DNA of 64,000 nucleotides from Massalongia carnosa (GCA_965645245.1 OZ287070.1:1426001-1490000), one strand, 5' to 3'. Numbered from the stretch's first letter, positions 1-12,631 are shown. Notes: generated from the letters alone by a model not told the origin. Made by a program: numbers and translations.

Positions 1-422
1 CGAAGCTTTCTTGTCTTCTCGTTTACCCATCCCTTTCTGCACGCAATGCATTTGTGATAATCCATGGTGCCCATGATTCGTTGAATGGTTTTGCCACTGC
101 AGTCTAGGCCTACTTCGAAGCCCAATTGCTCCCATGTAAGAGCGCGCGCCTCCATACCTTCTTCTTCCAATAGCCGTTCCATTTCTCTAATCAATTTAGG
201 CGTAACAATTTTGTGACGCCCACGAGCTTCAGAAACATCGGAATTATTATGATGACGGCGTGATGAGGCTCCTTCACGCAGGTATGCATAGCCCCTCGTA
301 CGTTCCACATCAAATGTGCGAAAAACATCCTCTTTGTGATAAGAAATGCCTTGCTTTTCGCAAAATTCAACGGCTCCCTGAATTTTAGCTTTGGTAGGAG
401 TCTCGATATGTTTAGAATTCAT
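1..422 (-). CDS. N-terminal part of a Tc1/mariner-like transposase, cut by the window edge; element end probably near 535
   Basis: Manual translation from ATG at 422 is open to the edge: MNSKHIETPTKAKIQGAVEFCEKQG...LTWEQLGFEVGLDCSGKTIQRIMGTMDYHKCIACRKGWV. This resembles the HTH region of fungal Tc1-like transposases. The catalytic domain is outside the window. Confidence 0.65.
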   Translation of the reverse strand, partial: MNSKHIETPTKAKIQGAVEFCEKQGISYHKEDVFRTFDVERTRGYAYLREGASSRRHHNNSDVSEARGRHKIVTPKLIREMERLLEEEGMEARALTWEQLGFEVGLDCSGKTIQRIMGTMDYHKCIACRKGWVNEKTRKL

Positions 423-1194
423 AATAATGATAATTATCCCATCAAAATCGTATGTAAATTGCTTGTGTTTTGGTGGGGAGTTGAGCCCGGTTAAATTTTG
501 GTGTAGTTTTTTTTTTGTCCCCCGCGTGCCTAGTACTAGGGATAGCATCTTCAGACACACGTTATCCATGTTCAGTCTAGAAGTCATGCTTGCTGTCATG
601 AGTCCAAGTCTCAACTCTTTCTTATTTGTTTGTTGACGTCTCATCAATCTTAACCCTTTGTTGTTATTGAGCGTACCTTGCTGGCGGTGCCAAATTTATT
701 GGGCTTAGTGTCTTCTTTCTTTTCATATCTACAGGTAGGGTTCGTTGTTTCTTTCTCTTCAAATATCACCCCACCCAACTCCGTACTCCATATTTTCATC
801 AATCTTTTATCACTTTACCATCAATCACTCTATAATCAACTCTCAAGTCGAGGTCTAAATAACCTCGGAGTGTTGTTCCGGTTTCTGCCCGTTCATCGCG
901 GGCCAAGCGGTCCCACCCGGCCGTTTCTCCCCCTCCTCGCCCCCGCCGCCCTACCACTCCTGGTCCGCAGGACCATGTTTTCCTGGGTGTCGTGGTTTCC
1001 CCCGCCGCGCCACCCGTTTCCGCCCCAGTTCGTGGCGGTTCCCCTCTGCCTCCCCCTTTTCCGCTCCTCTACCCGCCCATTTGGGTGGGGCCTACCCCGG
1101 AGGTAAGCGTTTGCCTCCGGTATGCCAAGCAGACCCTTGGGGGCGACCCTGTCGCCTGTGAGTAGTCCGAGGAGTCGGGGAAGTGTGGGGAGTG

Positions 1195-1407
1195 TGTAAG
1201 AACCACTATCCAGGGAAGACGAATAGTAGTCAGCTACCTAAGAGACTAAGCATGAAGAAGAGAAATCTATCTACAAAGAAGAATGTGAAATCTATATGCC
1301 CGTTTGCCCTTCTTCTCGAAGTTTCCATCCGGCTCTAGAAGCTTATCTCCGAAGCTTCGGTCGGAAAGAGCCGTTGGATTTAGCGCTCCCACACCCGAGT
1401 CCTGACA
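1195..1407 (-). repeat. G1 3' LTR
   Basis: Direct repeat of 6692-6904, preceded on the minus strand by the polypurine tract. Confidence 0.97.
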
Positions 1408-1444
1408 CTACCCCCCCTCTTGGTTAGCGAGCTCCTGATCGCTG

Positions 1445-4400
1445 TCATGTGATTAGCTTCGGTCGCGGCTTCTTTGGATATTTCCGATGATATTCTTCCA
1501 CAGTTTCTTTTGAATTCGCAAAATCTTCGGCCGGATACCATGTGTTATCCGGTGGGTAATTGCTCCATTTTACCTTGTATTGTAGCTTCTTGTTGAAAGT
1601 TCTTGAATCCAAAATATCATCAATTTCAAATTCTTCCTCGTTGTCAATAATTACTGGTGGTGGAGGCGGGGGTATTTGTCCGGGCAATGGGTCTTTACTT
1701 GCTGGTCGGAGTAATGATGAATGGAAAACATCGTGTATTTTCATCGATGCTGGAAGATCTAACTTATAGCTATTCCCCAAAGCTTTTAATATCTTGTACG
1801 GTCCGATCATCTTATGATCTAGCTTTTTCGAAGGCCTTTCCGTTTTGATATTTTTGGTTGATAGCCAAACTTCATCTCCTTCTTTATAGGTTGGTGCCTC
1901 CTCCCGATGATTGTCCGCGAATCTCTTCTGACTTTCTTGGCTTCGTACTAGGTTTTCTTTTCCGAATTCCCAGATTTTCTCCATTGCTTGGCCGATATTT
2001 TTTGCTCGAGTTTTCAATATTCTTTCTCTGGCCGATCCGGTAGATGCGTCAATCGGATAGAAGCTCATCCTCGGTTCAAACCCATAGTTGACCTGAAATG
2101 GAGATAATCCACTTGAAGCTGAGACACAGGCATTTGATGCGAACTCGGCCATCGATAGCCACTCTGTCCAGTCATCTTGCTGATAATTGACATAGGTTCT
2201 CAGATATCGCTCCATTTCTTGATTGGATATTTCGCTTTGACCGTCGGTCTCGGGATGGAATGCGGTTGATAACTTGGCTTTTATTCCCAGCATTACGCAT
2301 AGCGATTTCCATACTAGCGATACGAATTGAGGTCCCCTATCTGAGATTATCGTGGTCGGTAGGCCATGCAATTTCCATACATGTTTTATTAGCATTCGGG
2401 CCGTCTCTTCGGCAGTTGTCCCTTCTTCGTCCGTGGTGCATGGAATGTAATGATGCATCTTGGAAAATCGGTCTACTACCATTAATATTGCATTATGACC
2501 TTTGCTTTCAGGTAGGCCAGTTACGAAATCCATTGATATATCTGTCCAGGGCCGGTCTGGTATAGGTAGCGGATTTAATAGTCCGGAATAACCGTCCCTT
2601 GGAGCTTTTGCTCTTTTGCATGTATGACAATTTCGAATGTATTGTTCTATGGTCCCTTTCATCTTTGGCCAAAAAAAGAATTTCTTCATCATCTCGTAGG
2701 TCCGCTTTATTCCCGGATGGCCAACGGCTGGTTGATCGTGAACTTCCTGTATCAGCTTCATTCTCTTTTCTTCGGGGACAAATAGTTTGGCATTATTCTC
2801 GAGCGGATCTTTCGACTTTTCCGCGTTGATCTCGTTCATTTCAAACCCCATTTCCTTTTGGATTTGAGGGTCTAGGCTTTTGAGAGGTAAGATTATCTGA
2901 TGTTGATGCCTTTGCCTGTCATCTTCCTCTGATTCGGGCCTGTCTCCTGGTCTTCTAGTTAGTGCATCTGCCTTTGTATGGAATTTTCCAGCTTGGTATG
3001 TGATGACAAAATTGAAATCGGCCAGAAATTCAGCCCATCTGGCCTGTCGCCTATTTAGCTTTTTGGTTGTCATGAAATATTCCAAGCTTTTGTGGTCGGT
3101 CAACACTTTGATTGGGAGCTCGGTGGATTGCAGCTCAGGCCTCCATTGTTCGAAACATTTGATTATTGCAAGCAATTCTTTATCGTATATTTCATAATTG
3201 CATTCGGCTGGCAACAGGCTCTTTGAAAAGAAGGCTACTGGTCTGATAAGTCCATCTTCACCTCTTTGCGATAATACTCCGGCTGACACATAATCAGATG
3301 AATCCGATTCCACGAACGTTTCTCGGCTTGGGCTGAAATGCGCGAGGACCGGGGCCTCGGTCACCCGTCTTTTCAATTCGGAAAAAGCTGCTTGGCAGGC
3401 TGGGGTCCAATTGAATGGTTCGTCTTTTCGAGTTAGATGTACGAGGGGTTTGGCTATTTTGGAGAAGTCTTTGATAAAACGTCTATAAAAGTTGATAAAT
3501 CCTAGAAAGGCCTGCACCTGTTTAAGATGCCTAGGGATGGCCCATTCGACGACTGCCTCAATTTTGGTAGGGTCCATCTTGATCCCATTCCGCCCGACTA
3601 CCACTCCTAGGAACTTTGTTTCGGTCACATGGAATTCGCATTTATCCACATCAGCCTGAATACCAGCTTCTCGAAGCTTTTGTAGAACTTTTCGAACATG
3701 TTTTCGGTGGTCAGTCATAGTTTCACTATAAACCAAGAGATCGTCCAGATAGGCTATTAGGAATTCGTCTAGATATTCTAAGAAGGTATCGTTGATGAAG
3801 TTCTGAAACGTAGCAGGGCCGTTGGTCAGTCCGAAGGGTAATACTAGAGATTTATATGACCCAAATCGCGTGCGGAAGGTTGTGAGATCTTCGTCCTTTT
3901 CGGTTTTCATCCTAAGTCGGTTAAAGGCATGTCGAATATCTATTCTTGTCAAAAATCTAGCCCTGGCCAATCGAGACATTATCTCAGATATCAGAGGTAG
4001 GGGATATCGATTTTTTTTGGTGATTTCGTTTAGCTTTCGATAATCGACGCAGAACCGAAGTCCTCCACTCGGTTTCTTGGCGAATAGTATCGGCGAGGCA
4101 AAAGGGGCCGAGCTGGCTGTAATAAATCCTTTCTTCAGATTTTCTTCCAAATATCTCTTGACCAGTAGGAGTTCTCCCTCTGACATATTATATAGCGGGG
4201 CATGCCCGGGTCCTTTACCTTCTAGCAATTCGATGGTATGGTCATGCTTTCTATGAGGGGGCAGTTCATCAGCTTTTTCCTTAGAGAAAACATCAAGAAA
4301 ATCGTGATACTCGGGGGGGACTATGGTCTTAGGATCGGTGATTGGCTTTTCTCCCTTGGCTAGTTCAAAGTTGATATCTCTCAGCGAGACTGCAAATATC

Positions 4401-5145
4401 TCGACATCCTTTTGTTTCGTTAATACATTAAATGGGTCTGCACCTATCATCGCTATATCCAGGGCTTCTTCGCTCTCGGCGTCTTTTCTCCAAGACTTTT
4501 GCTTCAAGATATCTTCCTTTCTTGATCTTCGAACTGAAATCGGGTTCGAGTTGCTATGATTCTTTTCATCGGGTTCGTCTCTTTTCAATATCTTCTTTGG
4601 TTGGAATATAGGCGTGGTGTCCTTTGTTGAGCCCGGTTCTTCTCTCCTGATTGGCGACGATGGGAAAGGCCTTTCAGGGGCACCTAGATGATTGCAATGA
4701 TCGGGACGAAAAGAAATCGAATTCGTATGCCCATGATAGCTAACACCATGTTTTCGCATCCAAGGCTTGCCAAGAATAATCGTTCGTTGGCCCAGCTCGG
4801 TGATCAACATTGGTGTTGAGCTCTCGGTATGATTTCCAATTTTCAGAGATGGATAAATGGCCTGGGTAATAGGCTTGCCTTTTCTTCCATCATATGCCTT
4901 TATCTCTTTCCGTCTATTTAACGTCACCGGTGAGATATTAGCCTTTTCACATATTTCCTGCGCAGTTAGTCTATCAACAAAACAATAACCAGTAGATCCA
5001 GTATCAATCATCGCTCTCGTATTAAATTTATTTCCTACGATACAATCTTCCATTACTGGATGGTCATCGAATAAATCATCCTCCATAAAGAAAGATGTGA
5101 TAACCAACTCATCTACCCCCGCCGCGTCTATGACGGAGGTGCGTC
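1445..5145 (-). CDS. pol: G1 Pol (protease, RT, RNase H, integrase, chromodomain), probably expressed by -1 frameshift from gag
   Basis: Motifs MIDTGS, LRFCVDYRKLN, YLDD, ESDSSD/DHKSL, HHCC (HDQPAVGH...CHTC), MDFVTGLP/SDRG/E and chromodomain FEIDDILDSR...YKVKW. The frame is open upstream to the slippery site at 5146-5152. Confidence 0.95.
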
Positions 5146-6423
5146 TTTTCCCGAATCTTCTGCTTCTGCGCTCATCTCGCTAACCCGTCCCTTTCTAGGC
5201 TGAGGGCAGTCTTTGGCCATATGCCCGGTCAGATCGCAGTTAAAACATCTTCCTTCCTTCATTCTTTTCTCCATGATTGGATCGGGATGGGGGGCTCGGG
5301 CCATAAAGGGCGTTGAAGATCGGCTGCTGGTGGCGGAAGGCATTGCGGGAGTACGGGTTAATGCGGGGGTGGAGGCCTTTACGATGGAGGTGGTCCCACC
5401 GGCCGTGCTTGCGATAGGTACTGAGGGGCCAACAAAGTTCTTTCGATAGCCTTTCGTCTTGGTCTCAACCTCGCGGATGGTCTGATCAGTATGCATGCAT
5501 AGGCGTGCGAATTCATACAAATCGGTGGCCTTGTAGGCCTCGACGGCTAGCATCTTCTGGAGCTCAAAGTTCATCTTGTTGCGGAGCTCATTCAGTAGGG
5601 TCTTTTCGGAATATTCAAGTTCGTTGGCTAAGCGTTGGAATTCTGACCAGAAGGCATGGAATTCTCGATATTTACCCACTTGTTTAAGGTCGCGGAATTC
5701 TCGCAGTGCTGTTTGTTCCTTGTGAGGGTCACCATATACTCGGTTTAAATCATCGAAAATCTCTTCAGCAGTGGTAAATGGTTTGGTAGACTCCTTTCTA
5801 AATCTAGAGGCTATATGCTTAACTGCCTCACCACCAACCCGAGTCCGTACGTATGCCTTTTTCATGGCCTCGGTAGGGTACCAATCCGCATTGCCTTCTA
5901 GCTTATTTCGCATGCTAGATAGCCAGTCCTCGAAGTTGTCGTCTTTATTATTTTCGAGAATGGGTGGGTCAGGAAGCTTGGAAGATTTGCCAACTCCTTC
6001 GGGGGCAGGTGTTGACGCGGTAGTGGTCGTGTGTGTATGCACATTCTCGGCCGATACGGTGCTTGCGGACGATATGTTGGTGTTTTGAAGAAATTGGATT
6101 ATCACCTTAGCTTTATCCAATTCCTCTTGGGCCGAGTCCCGCTCATCGCGAAGGGTCCGGGCTATCTCTAACGTTTCATTGAATCTTTCGGCCACCTTGT
6201 TCAATAGGTGGGTCTTCGTTCGGGACTCCGTCTTCAACTCAGTTATCATTTCCACCACCCGCTGGGGGTCCTGGCGGACAAATTCATTCAGTCTATCCAC
6301 GGAGTCGATGCTATATGGGGAGTCATCATCGATAATATTAGGGACAATGGACTCACGTCGGCCCTCCATGGGTTCGTCCATAGTGAGCCTACTCCTTCGA
6401 GGCTCGCTGATTACTCGGGGCAT
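5128..6423 (-). CDS. gag: G1 Gag (431 aa) with CCHC zinc knuckle
   Basis: ORF with capsid-like LPDPPIL...FEDW region and knuckle CFNCDLTGHMAKDC. Confidence 0.95.
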   Translation of the reverse strand: MPRVISEPRRSRLTMDEPMEGRRESIVPNIIDDDSPYSIDSVDRLNEFVRQDPQRVVEMITELKTESRTKTHLLNKVAERFNETLEIARTLRDERDSAQEELDKAKVIIQFLQNTNISSASTVSAENVHTHTTTTASTPAPEGVGKSSKLPDPPILENNKDDNFEDWLSSMRNKLEGNADWYPTEAMKKAYVRTRVGGEAVKHIASRFRKESTKPFTTAEEIFDDLNRVYGDPHKEQTALREFRDLKQVGKYREFHAFWSEFQRLANELEYSEKTLLNELRNKMNFELQKMLAVEAYKATDLYEFARLCMHTDQTIREVETKTKGYRKNFVGPSVPIASTAGGTTSIVKASTPALTRTPAMPSATSSRSSTPFMARAPHPDPIMEKRMKEGRCFNCDLTGHMAKDCPQPRKGRVSEMSAEAEDSGKDAPPS

Positions 6424-6691
6424 TTCTTCTTTCTTTCTTGGGGGTGTTCTTATCTTGTGATCTTCTATTCGATGGCCGAGAAATCCTGGTTTCTACGATC
6501 CTGGGTTCTGGTTCTTCTGGGTCTGAGTTCTTCTTTTGATTCTGGTAATTCTGGTGGCCTAGAAATCCTTGCTTCTAAGGTCCTATGATCTGGTTCTAGT
6601 CTAAGTTCCGGGTTCTTCTTCTAATTTTCCTGGTTGAACGGTTTAATATCGTGTTCAGGATAGCAAGGGTTAAAGAAGATGCTTAGTCTAA

Positions 6692-6904
6692 TGTAAGAAC
6701 CACTATCCAGGGAAGACGAATAGTAGTCAGCTACCTAAGAGACTAAGCATGAAGAAGAGAAATCTATCTACAAAGAAGAATTTGAAATCTATATGCCCGT
6801 TTGCCCTTCTTCTCGAAGTTTCCATCCGGCTCTAGAAGCTTATCTCCGAAGCTTCGGTCGGAAAGAGCCGTTGGATTTAGCGCTCCCACACCCGAGTCCT
6901 GACA
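6692..6904 (-). repeat. G1 5' LTR
   Basis: Direct repeat of 1195-1407 with one mismatch (GAATGTGAAA vs GAATTTGAAA). Confidence 0.97.
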
Positions 6905-7204
6905 GAGTGTCGCCGGAAGAAGGATAAATCTTTTCCGGTAGGTGGAGTCTGTTATGGAAAATTTGCTCTAATTTGGGTAGGTTCCAGTCAATTTCCGCTG
7001 CTCGGTGGCTCATCTCTTGGTGGCGGTCTAGTGTCGAATTAATTTAATTATTTTTTGACACTTTTAGGCCAGATTAGAGGTTGGACCCCCTCCAGGGGAG
7101 GATATTTTGGTGGATTGAAAAGGCAATAAAGGGGTGAGAGAAGGTGGTTATGGTGTGGTAGATAGCAGTCTGATCCTGGATCATTCGACTCCAATAGAAA
7201 TGGT

Positions 7205-8512
7205 TCATGCCTTCGATTTTCTTTTCTTTCTCGTAGGAGTTCTGGACGGTTTTTCCGGATATTGATTATGATAGGAATTTGTCAGGGGAGGGCTGGAGAG
7301 ATACAAGACTCTATCTTGCAGAACGGATATCTAGATATGCTAAAACTAGAAGTTGAGAATAATACACAAGACGTCCGATGAAGAGCTCTAAACACCTGGG
7401 AAACCACATAGACTTTATAGCCATGGCTTTCAACTCTCCTATTCTCGACTTGCCCCGTCTCTGTTCCTGTACTAATTTCCTTAACATGATTGCTTTGACC
7501 TATCCCGCCTTTATCTGTGCTGAAGCACTCTCAGTCATAAGCCTGGATAGTGGAGACGTTGAGATTGGATGCGGATTGTAGGAGATTGATAGTGCGCTGA
7601 GGGCGGCAGAAGAACGCCTGAGCACGATGGATGACAGCAATGGGCCCTGTTAAATACTAACCCGATCAGGACAAGCGGGAGGGTGCGAAGCGATTCCGTG
7701 ACAGAATTAATTAATTCCTATGATCCTTCCATGTCTTCTACGGATAACCATTGATTATCCGTATCAGGAAATCCCATCCATTTCACTAGATATTTGAGTT
7801 TTCCATAGTGAATTCTACTATCCAGTACCTGTTCTACCTCCTATTGTTCTTCCCCTTCTACTTCTATAGGTAGAGGCGGTTCAGATATTTTGTTCGGGTT
7901 ATATCTATAAGGTTCCAATAGGGAAACATGGAACATATTATTAATACCCTTTAATAACGGAGAAAGTTGGAGTTTGTAGGCCTGTTTTCCTATAGGAGAG
8001 ACAATTTCGTATAGCCCGTAATATTTGTAGTCTAGTTTTTTGGACAGACGAGTAGATTTAATATTTTTTGCGTTTAGGGGGACTTTATCACCCACATTAT
8101 ACGTCTTGGGAATATACTTCTGATCATAATATTTAGCCTGGGTACTTGAAGCTGTTTGTAATAATTTCTCCAGGTGTTTTCTTTTGTCCATTATGTCAGT
8201 AGCCAGGACGCGTGTAGCAGGAACCTTGGACACCTTTTCAGTCAGAATTTCGTCTTCCCATTTGGGCGCTTCTCCAAATATAGCTTCGAAAGGGGTCATT
8301 TTTATGACATATTATTATAAGCGAATTCTGCTAAGGGTAACCAGTAAGTCTAATTATCCTGTTGATAATTGACGTAGTATCGTAGATATTGTTTTAGTGT
8401 CTGATTTTGTCTCTCGGTTTGACAATCCGTTTGTGGATGAAAGGCTGTACTATAACTGAGTCGAATTCTCAAATGATAAAAGAAATGAGACCAGTACTTT
8501 AAGGTGAATAAA
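7205..8512 (-). pseudogene. G0 integrase C-terminal half plus chromodomain, with stops and split by solo LTR A
   Basis: KKLDYKYYGLYEI, FHVSLLEPY, EEQ*EVEQVLDSR...KWMG; the frame resumes after the LTR as NSYHNQYPEKP and ends at TGA 7205-7207. Confidence 0.85.
7280..7703 (-). mobile_element. Solo LTR A (424 bp)
   Basis: TGTCA...TGACA termini; TSD GAATT (7275-7279 and 7704-7708); TATAAA on the minus strand at 7414-7419; clearly homologous to 61594-62081. Confidence 0.93.
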
Positions 8513-8708
8513 TGTTGAGCTGAATTTATGATAACAATGAGCTCTATGATGAGTTTATATTTACGTCAGAAGAATATCTCTTGATAGTGAAATCGATGAT
8601 TGATTTATTGATGGATTTACGATGAATCCTCTAAGCCTAAATTTACAAGAAGAGAATTTTGTATGAGCTTATCTCACTTGTTACATAATCTCTGCCGTTA
8701 GTCCGACA
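8513..8708 (-). repeat. Copia 3' LTR
   Basis: Direct repeat of 20095-20290; the pol stop codon (8698-8700) lies just inside it. Confidence 0.95.
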
Positions 8709-11700
8709 CACCCCCTTGATGAAGGTCTTCTTTCACTTGAATGAGAATAGAATCTTCATCAACTTTTTCAATTTCTAGGCCTAGTAGTCGTAAGAAGTCT
8801 TTGTGACGCTGGGGCGGAAGGGCCTTGGTTAATCTATCAGCTAGAATATTAGTAGTAGAGACCCATTCTATTTTGATTTTTTCCAATAGCTATCTCTTGA
8901 CGTAGCCAATGTTTGTTGATATCGACGTGCCTTAATTTGGTAATAAGCCTATTGGTGGTAAGCGCTCGCATGGTCTGCATATTATCGCATTGAATGCTAG
9001 CTATTTGGGTTAGATAAAAGTTAATGGATTGAAAAAATCGAGTCCACCATATCAACTCTTTCCCTGCAGCTGATATAGCTAGCAATTCAGCCTCAGTTGA
9101 GCTAGTAGTCACAGTGCGTTGCTTTGATGCTTTCCAGTCTATCATACCATTGTACAATTTGAAAGCATAGCCTTGAGAGCTATATCGAGTGCTCGTATCG
9201 TCAGCGAATGAAGCATCGCTGCTGGCCAGGAAGATGGTATGTGAGTTGACTAGCGAGCTGAATACGATGGCTAGGTGTTTAGTGTACGCTAGATATTTAA
9301 TGGTGCGGTTTGCGCAGTCAATATGAAGCTTTGATGGGTTGGTTAGAAATTCTGACAATTTGGAAGCGGCATGAGCCACATCGGGTCTAGTGATGACTGC
9401 GGCGAAATTCAAAGACCCTACTCGCTATTGGTATGAATGGATTTCTTGGGGCGTAGCTATAGAAAGGTTTTTAGTAAGCTCTTCTTGGGGTAGTGGTGCA
9501 CTTGTAGCTCTTTTGGTGAAGTCAGTGTTGATGCCAATGTTGAATTTGGCAATTAGCTTTTCAATATAGGAGCTTTTGGCATAGCTATAATTTCCTATTT
9601 GCTCTGTCCCGGGTGATATGTATTCCTAAAAACCATTCAAGTGGACCCAAATATCGCATCTCATACCTTTGAAATAGTAGAGTTTGGAATTGATCCACTT
9701 GCCTGGTATATTTATGATCATATAAGATCACAATATTATCAACGAAAAAGAACAGCAAGATGTGGGTATCTTGGCTGATAAAAAGACAGTCCACCCCCGA
9801 GATTGGTTCAAACCCCATATTAATTAGTGCTTTTGATAAGTTCCGAAACCATAGGGCCGGTGACTGCTTTAGGCCGTACAATGCGCGCAGTAGAAGCAAT
9901 AGAAATTTGCCTTTTTCCGAATTTGAACCTGGCCACCCATCAGGTAATTTGCAATAGGTTGGCTCATCTATGGGGCTATTTGCGAAGGCGTTTACTGCAT
10001 CATACTGACGGGTTTCAAGGTCAAATGCGGCTAGTATTGCCATCAGCGCCCTAAAGATTCTTGCTGCAAGTGTAGCCGCAAATGTATCTTGCTCGGTGCG
10101 TTGTAGATCACCTCTAGCGCATAGCCTTGATTTGTATTTGGCTAGATAGCCCTTTTCATCGAATTTGTATTTGAATACCCACATAGTTGGTATGGGAATT
10201 TTGCCGACTGTAACTGCTGATTCGTAACTCACCTCGGTCCAAGTCTTCTTGGAAATTAGCGCCTTGATTTCTATCTCCATAGCTAGCTTGAAACCCTCTG
10301 CATGCGGGTGTTTCAGCATCTGGCGATAGTGTTCTGGCTCGTTGGGTAAGCTATCTCTATGAAAGTGATTGATTTTGGGATGATGTTGATCGCTTTTAAG
10401 CTCTTGATGATTAGAAGCATATGAACTTGCCTTGATATGTGCTGAGAAAGCGGCATGATATGAGTCCAATTCACCATTACATGCCTGTGTTAGTGCTGTT
10501 GAGTACGCTTCTTTGCGCTGATCTCGGGTTCGTCGTCTTCCCACCCCCTCAGGTAAGATATTTTGAATATCGAAGTTGGAGTTGACTTCTTTAGGAGCTC
10601 TGTTAGTGATAGTACTACTGCTTGTGGTGGTGGAAATAGAATCAGAATCAGATGGGGCTGGTGTTGGTAAGTAGGATCTCTCCTTCTCCTTTGGTGAAGA
10701 GGAAATTTTGTCAGTACATCCCCCTTTTATTCCTTCCTCTTCATCCGATTCTATCTCAGTGATTAGTGTTACAGGATCCAAGCTATTTGCCTCGTAAGTC
10801 ATTTCAAGCATTGGCTCTTTGATTGCCTGCAATAAATCAATATCGCGAGCATCATAGCCGGTGCTATCATCAAACATTACATCTCTGGTACGAATCACCT
10901 TACGCTGGCTAGGAATCCATATGCGAAAGATGTTTCTTGCTTCGTAGCCAATCAAATGGCCTATGTGGGCTCGCTCCTGCATCTTTTCTTTGCGCGGTAG
11001 ATTTTTGTTCAAGGTGTAGGCCTTGCACCCGTACTGATGAAGATGGCTTAGATCGGGTGCATTTCCGATGACTAACTCATATGGAGTTTTCCATTGATGC
11101 TTCTTCATCGGGGTGCGATTAGCGATATAGCCTGCAGTGCGTACGATTTCCGGCCATAAATAGATAGTAGGCCGGCGTCGATTCTCATGGTCCCTGCTTT
11201 CATTGCTAGAATTCCACCTTTTCTTTCCGAATGGCCATTTTGCTCTGGCGTATCAGGAGTGGACGATTCGTACGTTATGCCTTTATCAATCAGTAGATCA
11301 TTGAAATCATTTCCCAATGATCTTTCTCCATCCGATCGGAAAAACACTACTTTAGCATTGAAGCGGGTCTCAATAAGATTGATTGCTTCGCGCACTATCC
11401 GTGATGCCTCACCTTTGCGACCGTGGGTAAATACCATATTAAAATCTGTTGCATGGCATGCAAAGTGCGATACCCATTCATCTTTATTCATCGCTGGGTT
11501 TAGCTGCATGAGATCATATGTGATGCGATAAAATGGTGCATTAGATGACTCCGCATTGTCTGAGGATCTAGAGACTAGGCGATGGGCTTTTGACAGCGCG
11601 CATGGCTCACACTCGTTGGTTTTGGGCACCTTACCTTCATTATCTTGATTGGATATTTTTACTCCCCTAGTTGATGATTCAAGATGTTGAATAACTTCAA

Positions 11701-12631
11701 TCGATGCGTGTGCTAGCATTTGATGCCATTCGTAGGCCGTTGCAACTTTGGAAGCTGTTGCTTTGAAAGCTGTTGCAACTTTATTGTTAGCTACTTCAGT
11801 CTTTTGAGCTGGAAAAGCGCATACTTGATTGTCTGAGGTGTTGTCTTCTGGCAGGTAGTGCCCGTTATATCGCTTTACATTTGCCACTGTCATTCCTTCC
11901 CTATGCAGGTGAAGTTTCCAGTTATCAAAGTAAAGCCCTTTAATATAGAGCAAGTCCTGAGAGACTAGATTGGTCATGAAGTTGGACACATATGCTACAT
12001 TAAGTAGTGTCATGCTTTGCGGTCCGGTAGGGGTTGGTACAGTGATTTTTATTGTGCCATAGCTCTCTATTGCGAGGCGTTGGGTGCCCGCAATAAGATA
12101 TTCCCCTACTGCTTTCTTTTGGAGTGTGTATCTGGATTTCATGGTGCTATTGCAAACGTGGCTATTTGATCCGTTATCCAATATCCATGAATCTCTGATA
12201 GTGTACCTATCTGCTGAGAATGATGAGGTTTTTATTGATGTAAACGCTCCTATCTTCTTTTCCTGATTAGCGTTGGTGGTGGTCTTACTCTTTATTGAAT
12301 ATGATTTTGATCGTTGAAGGGATTTTTCTACCCTTGCTTTCACTTGTTGGTTTTTCATTGCCTCTTCCACGATAGCCTCTGTTTGAGCCTTTGGGGTCCA
12401 ATTGACAGGTCTTTTCTCTGGCACCAGATAGTAGCAGTCGCTATACCAATGTACAGAACCACATAGACACTTATTGGGTGATTTCTGCCCATTAAATGTT
12501 GCGCCAGATGCATCAGATTGTCCTTCCTTCCCCTTTTTCTCAGCCGCAAATGCAGAATGGGTGTTGTTGTCCTTTGCTTTTTGCGACTGATGCAGGCGGA
12601 TAAGACGGCGAAATTTTTCGATCAACAGATC
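8698..12631 (-). pseudogene. Copia gag-pol, downstream part (knuckle, protease, integrase, RT, RNase H), with frameshifts and stops
   Basis: CLCGSVHWYSDC, WILDNGS, EWHQMLAH...CEPC, RSDGE/PEQNGHSE, LYGLKQS, FVDN (the catalytic DD pair reads DN), SDASFADD/TEAEL; broken into four ORFs. Confidence 0.92.

Larger units (their letters stand above)
1195..6904 (-). mobile_element. G1: intact full-length Ty3/Gypsy chromovirus LTR retrotransposon
   Basis: 213-bp LTRs with TG...CA ends differing at 1 base; TSD GAGTG (1190-1194 and 6905-6909); PPT AAGAGGGGGGGTAG next to the 3' LTR; open gag and pol. Confidence 0.97.

Noticed and set aside
537..733. Possible LTR fragment ending ...TATCTACA next to the Tc1-like end
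   Set aside because: Only one terminus, no partner copy or TSD in the window; cannot be assigned to G0 or any other element.
6430..6630. Degenerate tandem duplication in the G1 leader
   Set aside because: Low-complexity purine-rich leader sequence, common in retroelements; no further structure supportable.
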